A DNA stretch of 64,000 nt from Paecilomyces variotii (Eukaryota), in NCBI GenBank assembly GCA_004022145.1, contig RCNU01000018.1. One strand, given 5' to 3'. Positions 35,696 through 50,197 of this stretch are shown piece after piece. The translations under genes were made by a program, and so were the position numbers. Each line of letters starts with the position of its first letter. The first letter of the stretch is position 1. The notes beneath the pieces were generated by a model. It did no database searches, was not told the origin of the DNA, and saw only the letters and a program-made list of their open reading frames with translations.

Positions 35696-37069
35696 TCAAA
35701 GAGCCAATTGATGTCTCTGTGGAGACTCTTCTAACGTTCTATATAACCGTTGTGTATACAGACGGACCCGTTCCGTGAATTCAGATCCATTCCAGGTTTC
35801 CTTTCCATCCTTTTCTGATATCTTAGGAACGCCAATCTGTTCCACCACGAAACCTGCTGCAACCGTTGCGCAAATCAGTGCTAGAGGAATCTGCCCGTTT
35901 TTGCCCCAGGTTTGGACAATGTTCTTCCAGGGTTCCGATGGTGCAAGGACAGATTCGATTGTCTCGACAGGACTTCTTCCCTGACTGATCATCCCTTCCG
36001 CCAAGGCTCCTAAAAAGGAATTCCCGCCGCCTGTGGGATCGACCACAGGTGGTGGATTGGAAGGGTCTGGCTGATGATAAGCGGGCAGCCAGATCCCATG
36101 GCCCCGCGAGTATGAGTAGCTGCCATTCTTACCTGCCCTGATCACCAAGGTCCCGTTCCCGTCAGGACCAATTCCCGATTTGAGAATCTTCCTCACTAGT
36201 TCTCGGTCATCTTCATTGCTTTCATCCCATCCTGGTCGACCGAACATCATGCCCAGCTCTAGTTCGTTAGGACTGACCACATCCACCACCCGAATCGCCG
36301 TGAAGAACCTCTCCTGCTCTTCTGGAGTGCAAAGATCGGGAACGGGCTCCCAGACGAAGAGCGGTCTCGTAGCTGCGCCAGAGGACGGAGGAATATAGCC
36401 CTTCTGTAGCAACTCTTCTCTCCTCTCCAGAATCCTTTGCACGATGGAAACAGCCCGCACGGACGAGCAGACCATATGGAATGTCCGCGAGAAGACCTGC
36501 TGTTCGGACAGCATGTCCGGTTCCAAACGCAATTTCGGCGTCAGATACTTAAAGTCTGTCGATATCATCGTATACAATCAGTAAAAAGGCAAAAAAGTAG
36601 ATTGCTAGAGGTCAATTGGCACCAACCCCTCTTCTCATTTGGACCATAGCCATTCCACGCCCTGGTGGTCAATCTCCCCTTATCCTCTCGAATTACACAT
36701 TTCGTGTTCCACGAGCGGATTACATCCAATACGTCGTTGGGGAAGTCACATCCAACATCGACGATCCAACTGACGGCCTGCGAATGCTCTCTGCCGGCCA
36801 CCATCCGTGCGCCGACGACTGCGAAGGAAGCCGCTCCGCCCAAGGCGCCCTTTACGGGCGGAATGCCCTCTCCAAACTCAATGTCATCTGTAAGAGGAGT
36901 TGATTGTTAGGTATTTTACTGCAGGAATAGTTCGCATTTGATCTAAGAACAATGCGTGGCTGATCATCCGAGGCGGGAGTTCTTGTATCATACCAAGGAT
37001 GAACATGCCAAGAGTGCAGAAGTCGACATCCTGTGTGGAGGGGTCTGTCGAGCTCTGCGATGTCGACAT
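35696..37069 (-). CDS. PfkB/ribokinase-family protein, Mak32-like
   Basis: DFCTLGMFIL|DDIEF, LGGAASFAVVGAR, LTTRAWNGY, FVWEPVPDLC, VVSPNELE, VVDPTGGGNSFLG, VEQIGVP; two introns. Confidence 0.8.
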
Positions 37070-37566
37070 GGCCGGTTAAGAGGACAATCCAGAGGAGAGA
37101 CCCGACAATGAAAGTCTCGCTGCGTTCGCGCAAAACCACAAGAGGAACGTTGGGATATAATAATTATGATTATTGACTATTTCGAAGAGTTCGTACGGAT
37201 TACACACACGTCATTTTCGATGGCGGGCATTTTAGCCATTTTAGGGGGGTGGAGGCACGAGCGGGCGGTAAGGTACGGTAAGATACGGTCACGGTCCACC
37301 CTGGAGCTCCGTCTCGTCTCGTCTCATCTCAGGGACATCTGGATTCTGAACACTGCACCGTTTCTGCAACGCCCACGGACTCAGGAACGGTCTAGCTTCC
37401 ACGTACCTCCTCAGTCCTTCTGTTTGACTGGGCTTCGCGAGCGGAGATCCCATTTCCCCGGGCCTTGTCATTCTTGACAGGCTCCTCACTCGAGCTCCTG
37501 AACCTCCCCCTAAAGACAGCTTTCCACCCAAGACGTGTCCTCGAACGCATCGAGGAAGCAGCCAAG

Positions 37567-39394
37567 ATGGCGACAGGCAACCATATGCATAATCTAACGA
37601 CCTTGATCAAGCGGTACGTACTCTGGTTTCAGTTGCGGTGTCTTCGGATCTTGCTCAATGCTGCCTTGTCCATCTATCTGCATATGGCTGACGCCGTATA
37701 CTTCTCAACAGGCTGGAAGCTGCTACGTCGCGTCTGGAGGACATGGCTATGTCCTTCGACGGCGGCAGTGAACATGTCGGGCAAAATGCATCCAACAATG
37801 GAGCTATCCCCGCTGGTGGACAGATTGCGCCTCCTGAGCCTCCTAAAGCGCCGACTCCTGCACCCGCCCCGAGCGCCGTACCACCGGAAATCGCGGACTT
37901 TGATGCCTTGATCAAGGAGGACGTTGGTAAATTTGTGGAGATCGGACAGAATATTGGAGGCCTGGTTGCGGAGCAGGTAGGTTGGACTCTGAAATAAGCA
38001 TCTTTGGAGGACGGGGCGCAAGGTAGCTAACAGTTGTGAAAAGTCAAAAGCAGTGCTGCAGGCTTTCCAGGCGGAGCGCACCTATATCTATGTAGCCACG
38101 AAAGCGAAGAAGCCGGAGCCGCATCCTCCAGAGCTCATGACCGAGCTCCACAAGGCTTCAGATACCATCAACAACCTCAGAGAATCGAACCGAGCGTCGC
38201 CGCTGTTTAACCACCTCAGCGCTGTCGCTGAAGGCATTGTCGCGCTCGGCTGGTTCTTTGAGTCGAAGCCCGCGGATTTCGTGAATGAGATGCAGGGTGG
38301 CATTGAGTACTACGGAAACAAGGTCCTGAAGGAGTACAAGGAGAAGTGAGTTTAGATTACGGCAGCGTTCGTCTTTTGTCCTCACAGAACTGACGACATT
38401 CCCCAGGGATGCGACACATGTGCAGTACATTCAAGGCTACTACCGTATCTTCAAGTCGCTTGCGGCGTATCTCAAGAAGCACTACCCCAAGGGCCTGACA
38501 TGGAACCAGAACGGCACCGACGCTCTCGAAGCTCTTAAAGAAATCAAGTCTGGCTCTGGCGCAGTCCCAGTTCCTTCAGTACCAACCATCAGCACACCAG
38601 CTGGTGGTCCTCCTCCACCTCCGCCTCCTCCACCTCCACCACCAGCTGATCCCACACCCGCTCCTACATCGTCTGCTTCTAAGGGCGGAGATATGTCCGC
38701 CGTGTTTGCGGATCTGAACAAAGGAGAGGCGATCACATCTGGCCTGCGCAAGGTGGACAGGTCGCAAATGACGCACAAGAACCCTAGCCTGCGCGCAAGT
38801 TCGACTGTCCCAGAGCGTCCCGACTCGCAAGGTAGCAACAGCTCCTCTCGGGGCAAGTCACCCGCTCCGCCGGGCAAGAAGCCCAAGCCTGAGAGCATGC
38901 GTGCCAAGAAGCCACCGCGTAAGGAGCTGGAATCCAACAAGTGGTTCATCGAGAACTTCGACAACCCCGGCGAAATCATCGAGATCCCTGCTCAGCAGAA
39001 CCACTCGATCCTGATCAGCCGCTGCAACAAGACCATCGTCAAGATCTCCAACAAGGCAAACGCCGTCTCCATCGACAACTGCACCGGTCTCTCCATCATC
39101 GTCGACTCCCTCGTCAGCAGCTTGGAAGTCATCAAGTCTCCCAAGTTCGCCCTTCAGGTCGACGGCGTCGTCCCCACCGTCCTCCTCGACCAGGTCGACG
39201 GCGCAACCGTCTACCTCGGTAGCCAGAGTCTGGACACGGAGGTCTTCACCAGCAAATGCACCTCTGTCAACGTCATGCTCCCACCCAAGGAGGGTACAGA
39301 TGAAGACACCAAGGAATGTCCCGTCCCAGAACAAATCAAGAGCTACGTCAAGAACGGCACTCTCATCCACGAGATCGTCGAGCACGCCGGCTGA
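37567..39394 (+). CDS. SRV2: Adenylyl cyclase-associated protein CAP/Srv2
   Basis: TTLIKR|LEAATSRLEDM, FNHLSAVAEG, poly-Pro, WH2-like VFADLNKGEAITSGLRKVD, CARP beta-helix, C-terminal EIVEHAG; three introns. Confidence 0.93.
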
Positions 39395-40397
39395 AAAGAG
39401 CAGGAGGAGTGGGGTGGGGGGGGAACCTATACTGTGTAATTAGTAACATCTTTTGTTTGTGGAGGTGCGAGGTGAGCGTGCTGCATGTGGCTTCCTGGAT
39501 ATACTCTGCAACCTAGCTAGCTAGCTAGCGTCTATCATTATCTTGTTTCGTTCTCCGGTCTATTACTTTCCGGAGTCGAGAGGGATTCAAAAACGGGAAT
39601 TAACCATCCCATCCCGCGTATTTGAGTAAATCAACTCTAGATCTAAAAATATATATCTTTTTGATATCTATCGTCCTTCATATTGTAGTCGAACAGAACG
39701 TTCATGTAGGAAATATCGTGAATACTGTACTTGCATCAAATTAAAACAAAAGTACGTATATATATATATATATTGTATATATAGACCTCGATTAAATACA
39801 ATGCCATGTAGATTCGATTATGTCTAGAGCACTCGCTACGTACATCCAAGTGAAAGCTGTGTGCGCATATGCTTCTCAAATCACACAACATCCGCTAATG
39901 AGATGAGAGATAGTCCAGAAACCAGTCTACGCAAATTTCCATGATTGCTGTTGAAAAAAAAATCACATATACAAAACCCAAGTCCACTGACATCGGGGAC
40001 TAATAGCGATCAGGACTCGACGTGATGCTGATGTTGGAGAAAGCCGGCCCAAATATATAACTCCGGAAAGTTGAAGTGCCTGCCTGCCCAACCGAACGGA
40101 ACCAATTTTTCCAATATGTGCTGTTGTTGGAGATATTAAAAGATGACTAGTTGGGGGGGTATAGTAGTGTTTTCGGGTGAAATAAAGAAATCATTCCGTC
40201 ACATATGAGAGTCGATGACAACGACGCTGACGCTGACGATAGCCCCGCATCTTGAAGAATGCTGCTATGTGCATGTTGTTGTGCTGCAGTGATGCCTCCG
40301 TGTACCTTAAAACGCCGAGGAATATATATGTTCATCAAACGAAAGACAGAAGACGCGTATATAAATGGCATACGGTAGTTTTCGCTGCTAATGAGAC

Positions 40398-42992
40398 CTA
40401 TTCAGAGTCCCGTTCTTCTTGTTTCTTGACTTCGAGGTCTCGAAGTCTCTTGGCTAGTAAACTCTCTCCCGCCTCAGAGACGCTCGAGCCGGAACTGAAA
40501 GGATAGCCACCATAACCTGCGTCGCCCTTGCTGAGCTTATTGTAGAAGCCGGCCATGTGCTCGGGGTAACCCGTGTCTTGCGAACTGGGGGTAGTGCCGG
40601 TGCCAAAGAGGCCGCTCGACGACGATGAGGTGGCTTTGGTGTGTATTCTCAGATGCGAAGGTGAGCGGAACCATTCCTTGCCATCCTCCCTATACTGCTC
40701 AACATTGGGAAGAGATCGATGCTCCTCTCTTGGAACTGAGGATAACGAAAACGGAATAGCCGCGACATTCGGGGAGGCAGGAGAGAAGCGATGTGCATAC
40801 GGAGTCGGCCCAGGAGCGCCGTCGAAAGAGACCAGACCTTCCGAGAAACCTATGCCTGCACTCCGTCTGCGGAACGATCTGTCCATAGCCGATTTGGCAA
40901 CACTGGTGCCAAGGGTGGTGTCCCTCGCAGGCTTATAAGCACTGTAGCGCGGCTCCGGATACTGCGTCTCATTTCGTAGCTTCTCCTTGCCGTCCGGGAC
41001 ACGGTTGGCGAAAACGACCCGTATAGTAGAATATAAGTAATACCGCCCCTTAGAAGGACAGCATATATTCAAGTGTATAAGGTATCTGAGGACCGGTTTA
41101 TCTTTCGGATCCTCGGTAGGATTCAGTGACGCCTCCGGACGGTCTGTACCGTAATTCTTCCGGGCCGTCAGGGGCATGTCGATGATGGGGCCAGCCGAAT
41201 AGCTTCGCTGTCTGATGAATGTCTTTGTTCCTGGCTCCATGTCACTGAGATCATATGGAACTAGGAAAAGCTTGACTGCAGTCTTGTTGGGGTTCTTAAT
41301 AACAATCTGCAGCTGGCCTTGCTGCGGGATGCGGTAACAACCTCCAGGTGGTGCTTTGGGCGACTGAGCTCTCCGGGATTTCTTCTCACGTTTTCGACGC
41401 TCCAACTGATCATCGTACGGCATTTGCGGATTACCCTCATCGCCCAGGTTGCGGCTAGGGATTGTCCGTGACGGACTTGTGTGAGCTCTGCGAGACTTAC
41501 TGCTGCTGGAATCGTCTTTGGGCAGAGAGTGTTCGAGATCGATGAGACCGACATATGGGCTTGGGCTGTCGTCGGAGATGGAGCGGCCGTTCCCCGAATT
41601 TGGGTAGCTATAGAAGACCGCGGGGAAGGCTACTGTCACATGTGGTGGGCATTTAAGATTGGCTTTACATTTGCCCTTGCCAAGCACACCGATCTGAGCG
41701 GTGAAATCAAGTGGTTTAGAGGGCGTGGTTGACATCCTGCCACGGAGGATAGATTCTTCATATGAACCGACCATCGGGGCATAGTGAATAGGAGAAAGAT
41801 CGGAGGTAAACGAGGGCCCCCGGGGCCGCGGCATATATGACCGCGGGGGCGACGCTAGTTGCAAACTGTAGGATGAAGTCAAAGACTTCCGTGGCTGGTG
41901 CGCCTGATATGGGAATGTTGCCTCCCTCCGAACGGTCGTGTGCGACCTGCTGATATTAATAGCCCCAGGTCGATCGGAAGGCGACAATGCAAGCTGCTGG
42001 GTCGTCTTAGGAGGAGGAAGAGTGCGACGGCGGTTGGCCCTGTCTGCATTATCGGACAAGTCCATCAGATCGACCTTCGGCGAGAAGTCCAGATCTGTAT
42101 TGTTGGCCTGGTGAACCAGCGGGCTGGTTGGAGCTTTGAGGACATAGCTGGACGAAAGAGATCCGGTCGAAGGTGCCCGCGCGCGAGAAACAGACGCAAG
42201 AGACTGCCGATGATTGCCGTTGATCTCATTCTCTTTCCGCGAGAAAACAGACGGTGTATACCAGGGAGTCGTAGGAGAAGAGGCAAGGCGGAGTGATTGC
42301 GGATGATCCTGGCGGCCCAAGAAAGAAGAGAGCGAGTCTCTTTGGATTTTCAATTGCGCAGCGCCTTCTCTGAAGTCCCCCGAATGCAAGGCCGACCTGG
42401 GCCGTTCGACTTCAGCGGGGGTTGCTAAGACTTCCTTTTCACCGGACACTGGCGCATCTTTGCCGTTGTTTGATGGAACATCTTCTTCCGGTTGCAAGAC
42501 ATGGACAAACGACTGGGAGGATTGATTCTGGGTAGCAGGATAATCTCCTAGCTGTGAGGACAGTCAGCAAACCAGGATCTCAGAATAAAATCCGAGGCTT
42601 CTATAAGAGAAAATGTATATAGAATCTAAGGGAATGAAAGATCCCCGCCCGTACCCATTCCAGAAATAAAGAATTTAAAAAAGAAGAAAACGCACTCAAG
42701 AAGGATTACTCACACTCTGACCCTTCCAAGCAGGAACCTGCCTCCTCTTAATCTCACTAATAATGCTCTCTCTATCTCCCGTCTGCAACCGCAACCCTTC
42801 AGGCTGGTGGTGCTGGTGATAGTCCAGATGCTCATCCGCCTGAAAGATCTCCATCATATCACCGTCCTTCCTATCCGTTCTTCTGTTATCCGTCATGACT
42901 GTATATCCTCGATTTTGACTATAGTTCTGATTATGTTCCGCAGACCATGAGCCATAAAATCGCTCATGGTCCGGGTCCTGAAACATCGGCAT
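40398..42992 (-). CDS. DUF4210 / Chromosome_seg domain protein (FAM214/Atos-like)
   Basis: MVGSYEESILRGRMS, PYVGLIDL, GCYRIPQQGQLQIVIKNPNKTAVKLFLVPYDLSDM..TFIRQR, LRYLIHL. First exon begins MPMFQDP at 42992. Confidence 0.75.
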
Positions 42993-43912
42993 GATGATTT
43001 CAGCGATATATCATCGAAAACGCATAGCATCCGACCCAGCGCCTGTATTTTTTGGTTTTATTTCTCTCAGGCTATTCCGAACAGTGGCCACCTCATTCAA
43101 CCAGTGAGAACGGAGACACCAGAGAGAAAAAGCAAATAGGTGTGCAGTGGCACTGTCGTAGAAGTGGCGGAGGGGAATAGGGAAAGTTCCGATATACGGT
43201 GCTTCTGGGGACCGTCGGGGAGGTCGGGACTATCTATGGATCGTACCGGTACGGTTGACGGAGACCGGACGAGGAATCCCTGGTCATTTGGCGGCAGCAA
43301 TGAAGGTGAAGGAGAAAAGGGCGCGACAGGATCTGCCGGAGGAAGCGCAACGAGGGAGTAGTCATGGACGAGGGAGTCAGAGCCGGAGATGAGACAAAGA
43401 CAAGGCGAGATGCGCTGTTAGTCACGAGGAGAAGGTGGATTATTTGCACGTCATTCGTTTTCCAGACTCCCCACTCGATAGGAGTATCGCTCCAGTTCAT
43501 CGTGGCTGATTCCTGGACACGTCTATCATACAGAGTAACTAGTTATAATGACTATGAGTCAAATGAACCAGTTATGAAGATGATGAATGAATAAATCATT
43601 AAATAAATAAAACTGCGATGCATCTTCCCATCTTCCCTCTTCGCTGCGTGACAGTACCTGCCCGGTACCGTACCGCCGATACGGTAATATTACCGCGCCA
43701 ATCGATAAGCCCATCACGTGATGGCGATCAATAGTCCATTTCCTCTTTGGGACTGGCGGGATCCGCTCCCGACGCTAACTGGCTTCTTTTTTTGCATTTC
43801 CGCCTCAAGGTATTATTTGCTAGGAGATGGTTATCAGTTCGCGCTGCATCTTCTGCATTATTTCTTCCTAAACCATTCTGCAGATCACGCGGGCTGCAAG
43901 CAATCATCAACC

Positions 43913-44634
43913 ATGGCCCCAAAACGAACGCGCGATGATGGAAACGTGAAGTCCGGGCCTGGAAATACGGAGCAGCCGCCCGCCAAGAAGAAGAAGGGCT
44001 TCTCAGTCGGTCCAGCTAATCTACCAGATGGGACATATCGAAGGAAAAGTACGTTGGGACTCCGTTTGAACTGTGGCTTATTGCTCCCCATTCATGATGC
44101 TGGATGATTGCTGACGACACAACCTCGCTGATAGCCCAGAAGATCAAAAATGACCTGATCCAAAAAGCAAAAGTCAAAAAAGCCTACGCCAAGATCAAAG
44201 AGCAGGAACTTGCGGATATCAAGCCCGTCTTTACGGACAAAGACGAGGAACACGACAAAGATGGCAGCGCGCAGCCACAGTCCGCATCGTTGGAACTCCA
44301 TCCGGATCGTCTGGCGATGCTGAATGCTCCGTCTCCCGAACCAGAGCGTCGGCCGAGGAAGGACAATTCGACCAGGACCAAGAACAGTCGCGACGAGAAT
44401 GGACGGCGGAAACGTCGTCCTAAGCCGTCTGCCTTCGCCAAGGAGATGGAGATCGCAGAGAAGCGGAGGCAGGAGGCTGAAGCGAGGAGGAAAGAGAGGG
44501 AGGCCAGGCTGAAGGAACGGGAAGCCATGGCCAGGGCCAAGAAGCCAGATCAGTTCGGGAAGAGGAGACTGGGACGGGAGAGTAAGGTCTTGTTGAGTAA
44601 GGTGCAGCGCGTGATGGGTCAGGCTCAGACATGA
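43913..44634 (+). CDS. Basic nucleolar rRNA-processing protein, Fyv7-like
   Basis: Exons 43913-44048 and 44135-44634. [42 protein letters not shown]-terminal [16 protein letters not shown]. Confidence 0.65.
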
Positions 44635-44992
44635 TTTGAAACGGCGAGAAACAAAAGTTCATGATGATACCCAGCTAGATGTCTTGTTCATTGTTCAATG
44701 GAATTGAAATTGGAATTATTGGTACTACAGTATACGTTCATTTCGTTATAACCCAGCTTCGAAGCAGAAGGCTATATCATTTCCCTCGAATGCGCCGCAA
44801 AGCCTGAACGCATTGGCTATCCAAGACAAAAATGGGTATCGTCATATAGGCTATTCCACTGCGAAGCAAATGGGGCCATGGTCATTGCCCCATCCCCCGA
44901 ATCCCGAGACCTTGCTTGACTTTGTGCAGAATCACTGCTAGCAAAAGACAGGGGAAATCAAAGGATAAGATAGCGGATAACCGGGGCAACAA

Positions 44993-47900
44993 TCAAGTGG
45001 CTTTGGCGCCACCGCTCCGGGGCTTCTTGAAACAAGCAAACTCTCCTTTCGTCCGCTCTCTCAGCCGCTTCAGCACGACCCTCATCTCTCCGAGTTCCGC
45101 CTGCAGCTGGGCCCGAGCCTCGTTGGATGTCCGCCGGTCGAGCTCCAGGTATATTTGACTCTGGATTGACGATGCTTCATCCGTCGCATACTGCGACATC
45201 GTCTGTGCAATGAATTCAGTATCAAGCGTGGCCTGCATCAATGCCGCCAACGTATACTTGGTCCGCGAGCTGAATGCAGCCAGAAGGGACGCAGACACCT
45301 GGGTCAGCAGGTGAGTGAGCACAGTGGAGAGCAAGGATGGCGTGGAGGATCGGCTGGCCTGGGCGCTGCTCGGAATAGTCGTCGAGATCTCAGTGTGGAC
45401 GAGAACGAGTGTAAGCAGGGTCGTGTAGACATAGGGCCGGACCTGGTCAGGGCGATTGTTCGCTGGCACCCAATCCGGGGCCGTAATGCCGTCCATGATG
45501 GTCTTCTCCAGGGTCGCGATGGTTGGTTTTGTGTATGACTGGAAGAGCCTGGTGTCAATCTGGCTGACCACATCACGGATCGTCTTCGCTTCCTCGGTCA
45601 ATTGGACAGAAAACGAAGTCTCGAAGTTCGTAATCAGCTGTGGGACGAAATCTGCTTGCAGGGCTTTCAGATTGGAAAGCGTAAGCAGCATACGGACATT
45701 CTAAATTCAACGTTAGTAACCATCTCGCTCATGCTGCGGGTAATGACAAGCTCTTACCCTGTTCCTGTAATCAACAGCGTCGACTGCGATGATCGAAGAG
45801 GTGACATCGGCTCCAACGGTTGCCGCTGGGCCAACGACAACCCACTCATCGTCCTCCCCCGACTTCACAGGGCGCTCCGCGTTCTCGACCAGACCGCTAA
45901 GAGCTTTGTATACGCTGGTCACAAATTGCGTCCGCACCATCTGCAACAATTTCGCCGGGGGCGGAGTGACCACGTCCACAGCCCCGGACTTGGTCATGGC
46001 GTCCGAAATGTAGAGAATCTTCTGCATCCCCGCGAGGATGGCATTCTCGAACGACACAAACAGGCCAGGCATCCTGGTAAGCTCCCTACGCTCAGGGTCG
46101 CGCGTCCAGTCCTCGAGCAGCTTGATACTTTCGGCATCCTTGTTCCAGGCGGCACAGGCTGCCTTTGCGCATCTTTCGCGAGCAGCACTGACCAGCAGCT
46201 TGAGCTGATCGTAGGTACTGCTTCCCCTGGATATTGGCCCCAGAGCGCTCATTTCGCTGGCAGCCGTGCCAAGCAAGATCAGAAACTTGCTTAGATAGTG
46301 GACCGAGCTCAGAGAGTTCGAATGTGGCGGCCAGAATGCGAAGTCCTCCCAGGGCTCTCCCTTTTTAGGCGACGGTGGCGGTAGGTTTTTCGGGTCAAGC
46401 TTGAAGCGAGACTCGGTGGGAGTGATGCCTCTGCTTAGCGGGCTGCTTGGGCTGAGTGGAGGTAGAGGAGAGAATAGCATGGAGACATCCTCTGTCGGAG
46501 GGTCAACAAACAATGAAAGGACACTCTCACGGATCCAGTTCACGAGCTCGACCACGCCATCCTGCAGATCTTGGATGCTCTTGGGACTGAGACGATGGTG
46601 TTTCCGGCTCTCTCCTTCGAACCCAGCTGGCAGGAATTTCTGCTTTGTACCATCAATGAACGACTGCGCCGTCTCCCAGAAGTCGACGACGTCGCCGAGA
46701 AGACCACCCTGCAGCGACAGAAGCTTGGTGAGGTAGGTGTGGATACATTCCCACAGTTCAATCACTTCATCCGAGTCCAATCTGTCCGCTAGATCAGTTG
46801 TACCCTCGCGGGGAGAGAGGCGGAGATATGAGGTCACTTCCTGGGGCGTGGGCTTCTCTTCAGCGGCCACTCTGCGCCTAAGAATCTCAATTTCGACCTT
46901 GGAGCGTTCGCAGAAGGATGCGATCTTCGTCTTCAGGAAGTCATATCGACTAAGAAGCCACACCCACACAGGATTGTCATCGACTCCCAACTCCAAAAGA
47001 GCCCCGATCAATTCCATGTGTTCCTCGACGGGACCGGTGGGTGCAACGGTCGATGACGGCGTCTGGATGGTGCTCAAGCGCCGCCACAGATCGCGTTTGA
47101 ATGACTGGGCTTGTTGTTCGACATCCGCCCACATGCGTCCGGTAATCAGGATCGTATGTGTCTCTTCGTCGGTCAGGGGTGTCTTGGTCCTGATCGCTCG
47201 ATCTGCGATATTCTTGGCTTCTTTTGCAAGTGTCCTGGCCCGCGTATACTCTTCGAAGATAGACTCGTAGTCCCTCAGCTTGATCGACCTGGAGAGATTT
47301 GCTCCGATCTCGTAGACCGCGCGGTGTCTTTCCATCGTCGTGACCACCGATTTTAGACCCTGTTCACGTTCCCGGCCACCCAGCGCTGGTCCCCAGACCT
47401 CTTCCGCCTTCACTGAAGCTTCGACCAGGGGAGCCCGGATACCTCTCACTCCGTACTCGCTTTCCTTGGTGAGTGCATTCTTGTTGGAACCCGTGGCCGA
47501 TGTGACTAGTGCTGCCGGACTCGGTGCTCTGCTTGTCGAATAGTTTCTGAAATGACCAGATCTCCGACGAGCCTCTGGGCCATCATGCTCCGCACCCTGG
47601 TTCCTCATTTCTTTATAGACACTGTCGATGGTCGCCTTTGCTCGGACGAATCGTTCAAAATTGGCCTCGACGAGGACCTTCAACGACGCCGACTTCTGAT
47701 CGATTGAGCGGGACAGGAAGTCCAACCCTTCCAGAAGGGACTTGGTCGAGGCCGTAGAATGTGCCTGGGAGAGGAACAGCGCTGGTGAGAAGCTGGTCGA
47801 TGAGAGGAGGAAGCGATTTCGCAACTTGGCATCCTCGTCAACGGGCAACCCTCGTTGCTTCAGGATGGACACCACGCTCTCCCCAGTGCCTAACGGGTCC

Positions 47901-48130
47901 CGCTCGTCTTTGTGCACCAGGGTATCGCCGTCCCCATCTTGCTTTGAGCCCACGAAGAGACTCCTTCTGTCACTGGCGGGGCGCTCCAGAGCAGAATATC
48001 GCGAATGGCGTTTCTGTTTCTTGGAAAGGGCTTCATCTTCGGATTCGTCGCTCTGGTCGAGCTCAGCTGGCCACTCCTCGGGGTAGGCTGAGGGCAGGTT
48101 GTAGTGGTTTACCACTTCGACGTCTGCCAT
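44993..48130 (-). CDS. SEC5: Exocyst subunit Sec5
   Basis: DPLG, FLLSSTSFSPALFLSQAH, LKVLVEANFERFVRAKATID, NVRMLLTLSNL, LMQATLDTEFI; intron 45757-45701. Confidence 0.9.
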
Positions 48131-48649
48131 ATTGAAGAATGATTCAACGTGACGTGCAGAGCAGGCGTACGGTTAAGGGCTCTGTGGCAGCGTGTCTCCA
48201 TCCACCAGAGATCGAGACGGGAGATCGAGCGGGGAAGAGACAGCTGGAGCTCTGAGATAGTTACCGGATGAAGTAAGGACTCGTTCTAGAGGACAGTCCA
48301 AGTATAGTAATATAATTAATTAATTAGTTCACAGCTAGAGTAGTACCACAGACTCTAGACTGTAGAATATCCGACCGGAGCGAATGTCCAGCCTGTTTCA
48401 TTTAGGGGCCGAACAAGCAAAAGTGCCGAACGGCGGAAGAAAGTACGGAATCGAGCAGTCGGATCGGGCGGCGCTGGTGCCGTAGTGAATACTTAAGTTA
48501 GTTAGCTCGCGCTCTTTCGGCCCACGCCAAACTTCAGATGCTCTTTCGCTCAAGCTTGCCTCTGCTCTCCCCTCCCCTCCCATCCATCTTCATCTAATCC
48601 TTCTCCTGCCCCGTTGAAGCGCTTGCTGTCCCTCCGGAGGCTACTCACA

Positions 48650-50197
48650 ATGATCTCTGCTCGTGCTTTCGTTGCGCCGTCGCGCCAATGCCTGCGCAGA
48701 GTTCGCGTCGCTCCCAGCTGCCCGTCGCCATTTTCCCAGGTCCGTCTTTCGCTGCATATCGGACAACACAACCGCCAATGGATTGAGACTGACAAGCTGC
48801 ATGTGTTTAGATTCGAGGCTATGCTGCTGCCGCCGACGAGGCTGTTGCTAAGTTCAAGGGACAGAAGGGTTCTGACGTACGTCACATCCCCGCGCGCACT
48901 TTTTCCTTTACTCCGGAGCATAACGCCATTTTCGAACTCACGGCGCAAATCTGGATGGAGCCCAGGAAAGATACGGGAGCTAACATTGGACTTGGATCTG
49001 TATAGGGAAAATACACGGTAACTCTGATTGAGGGTGATGGTATCGGTCCCGAGATTTCGCAGTCCGTCAAGGACATTTTTTCGGCAGCAAATGTAAACTC
49101 GAAAACAAAAGAAAAGGAACCCCCGATGGAGAAGAATCAGAAGCTGAGACGACAATAGGCCCCTATCAAATGGGAACCCGTTGATGTGACCCCCATTCTC
49201 AAGGATGGCAAGACCGCCATTCCCGACGATGCTATCCGCAGTGTGCAGAAGAACTTTGTTGCGCTGAAGGGACCTCTGGCTGTACGATCCCTTCTCCCTT
49301 GTCTGTTTATTGCGCGCTTGCTCAGATGAGACTACAGACTCCCGTTGGAAAGGGTCACGTTTCTCTGAACCTGACCCTGCGCCGTACCTTCAACCTCTTC
49401 GCCAACGTCCGTCCCTGCCGATCGATCGCTGGCTACAAGACCCCCTACGACAACGTCGACACTGTCCTGATCCGTGAGAACACCGAGGGTGAATACTCCG
49501 GCATTGAGCACGTCGTTGTCGATGGTGTTGTTCAGAGTATCAAGCTTATCACCCGCGAGGCTTCCGAGCGTGTCCTCCGCTTTGCTTTCCAGTATGCCCG
49601 CGCGATCAACAAGAAGAAGGTCCGTGTTGTGCACAAGGCCACCATCATGAAGATGTCCGACGGTCTCTTCCTGAACACTGCCCGGGAAATCGCCAAGGAG
49701 TTCCCCGACGTCGAGTTCGATGCTGAGCTCCTGGACAACGCCTGCCTGAAGATCGTTACCGACCCCACCCCCTACAACGACAAGGTCCTGGTCATGCCCA
49801 ACCTGTACGGTGACATTCTGTCCGACATGGGCGCCGGTCTGATCGGTGGTCTGGGTCTCACTCCCTCCGGTAACATTGGTGACGAGTGCTCCATCTTCGA
49901 GGCTGTCCACGGTTCCGCTCCTGACATTGCTGGCAAGGGTCTCGCCAACCCCACTGCTCTGCTGCTCTCCAGTATCATGATGCTCCAGCACATGGGTCTG
50001 ACCGAGCACGCTGGCCGCATCCAGAAGGCCATCTTCCAGACCCTGGCTGAGGGAAAGGTATGTCGTCTTCTACGCTTTCTGGCTGAGCCTTTGGCGGTTA
50101 CTAACAGTTTCTTTTTTACTTCTAGACTCTCACCGGTGACCTTGGTGGCAAGGCCAAGACTCACGAGTACGCTGATGCTATCATTAAGCACCTGTAA
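48650..50197 (+). CDS. IDH2: Mitochondrial NAD-dependent isocitrate dehydrogenase subunit 2, 6 exons
   Basis: [79 protein letters not shown] at 50195-50197. Confidence 0.93.

Noticed and set aside
49332..50009. Long antisense ORFs over IDH2, CAP, MRPL3, Sec5 and the NRPS
   Set aside because: Expected shadows of biased codon usage on the sense strand.
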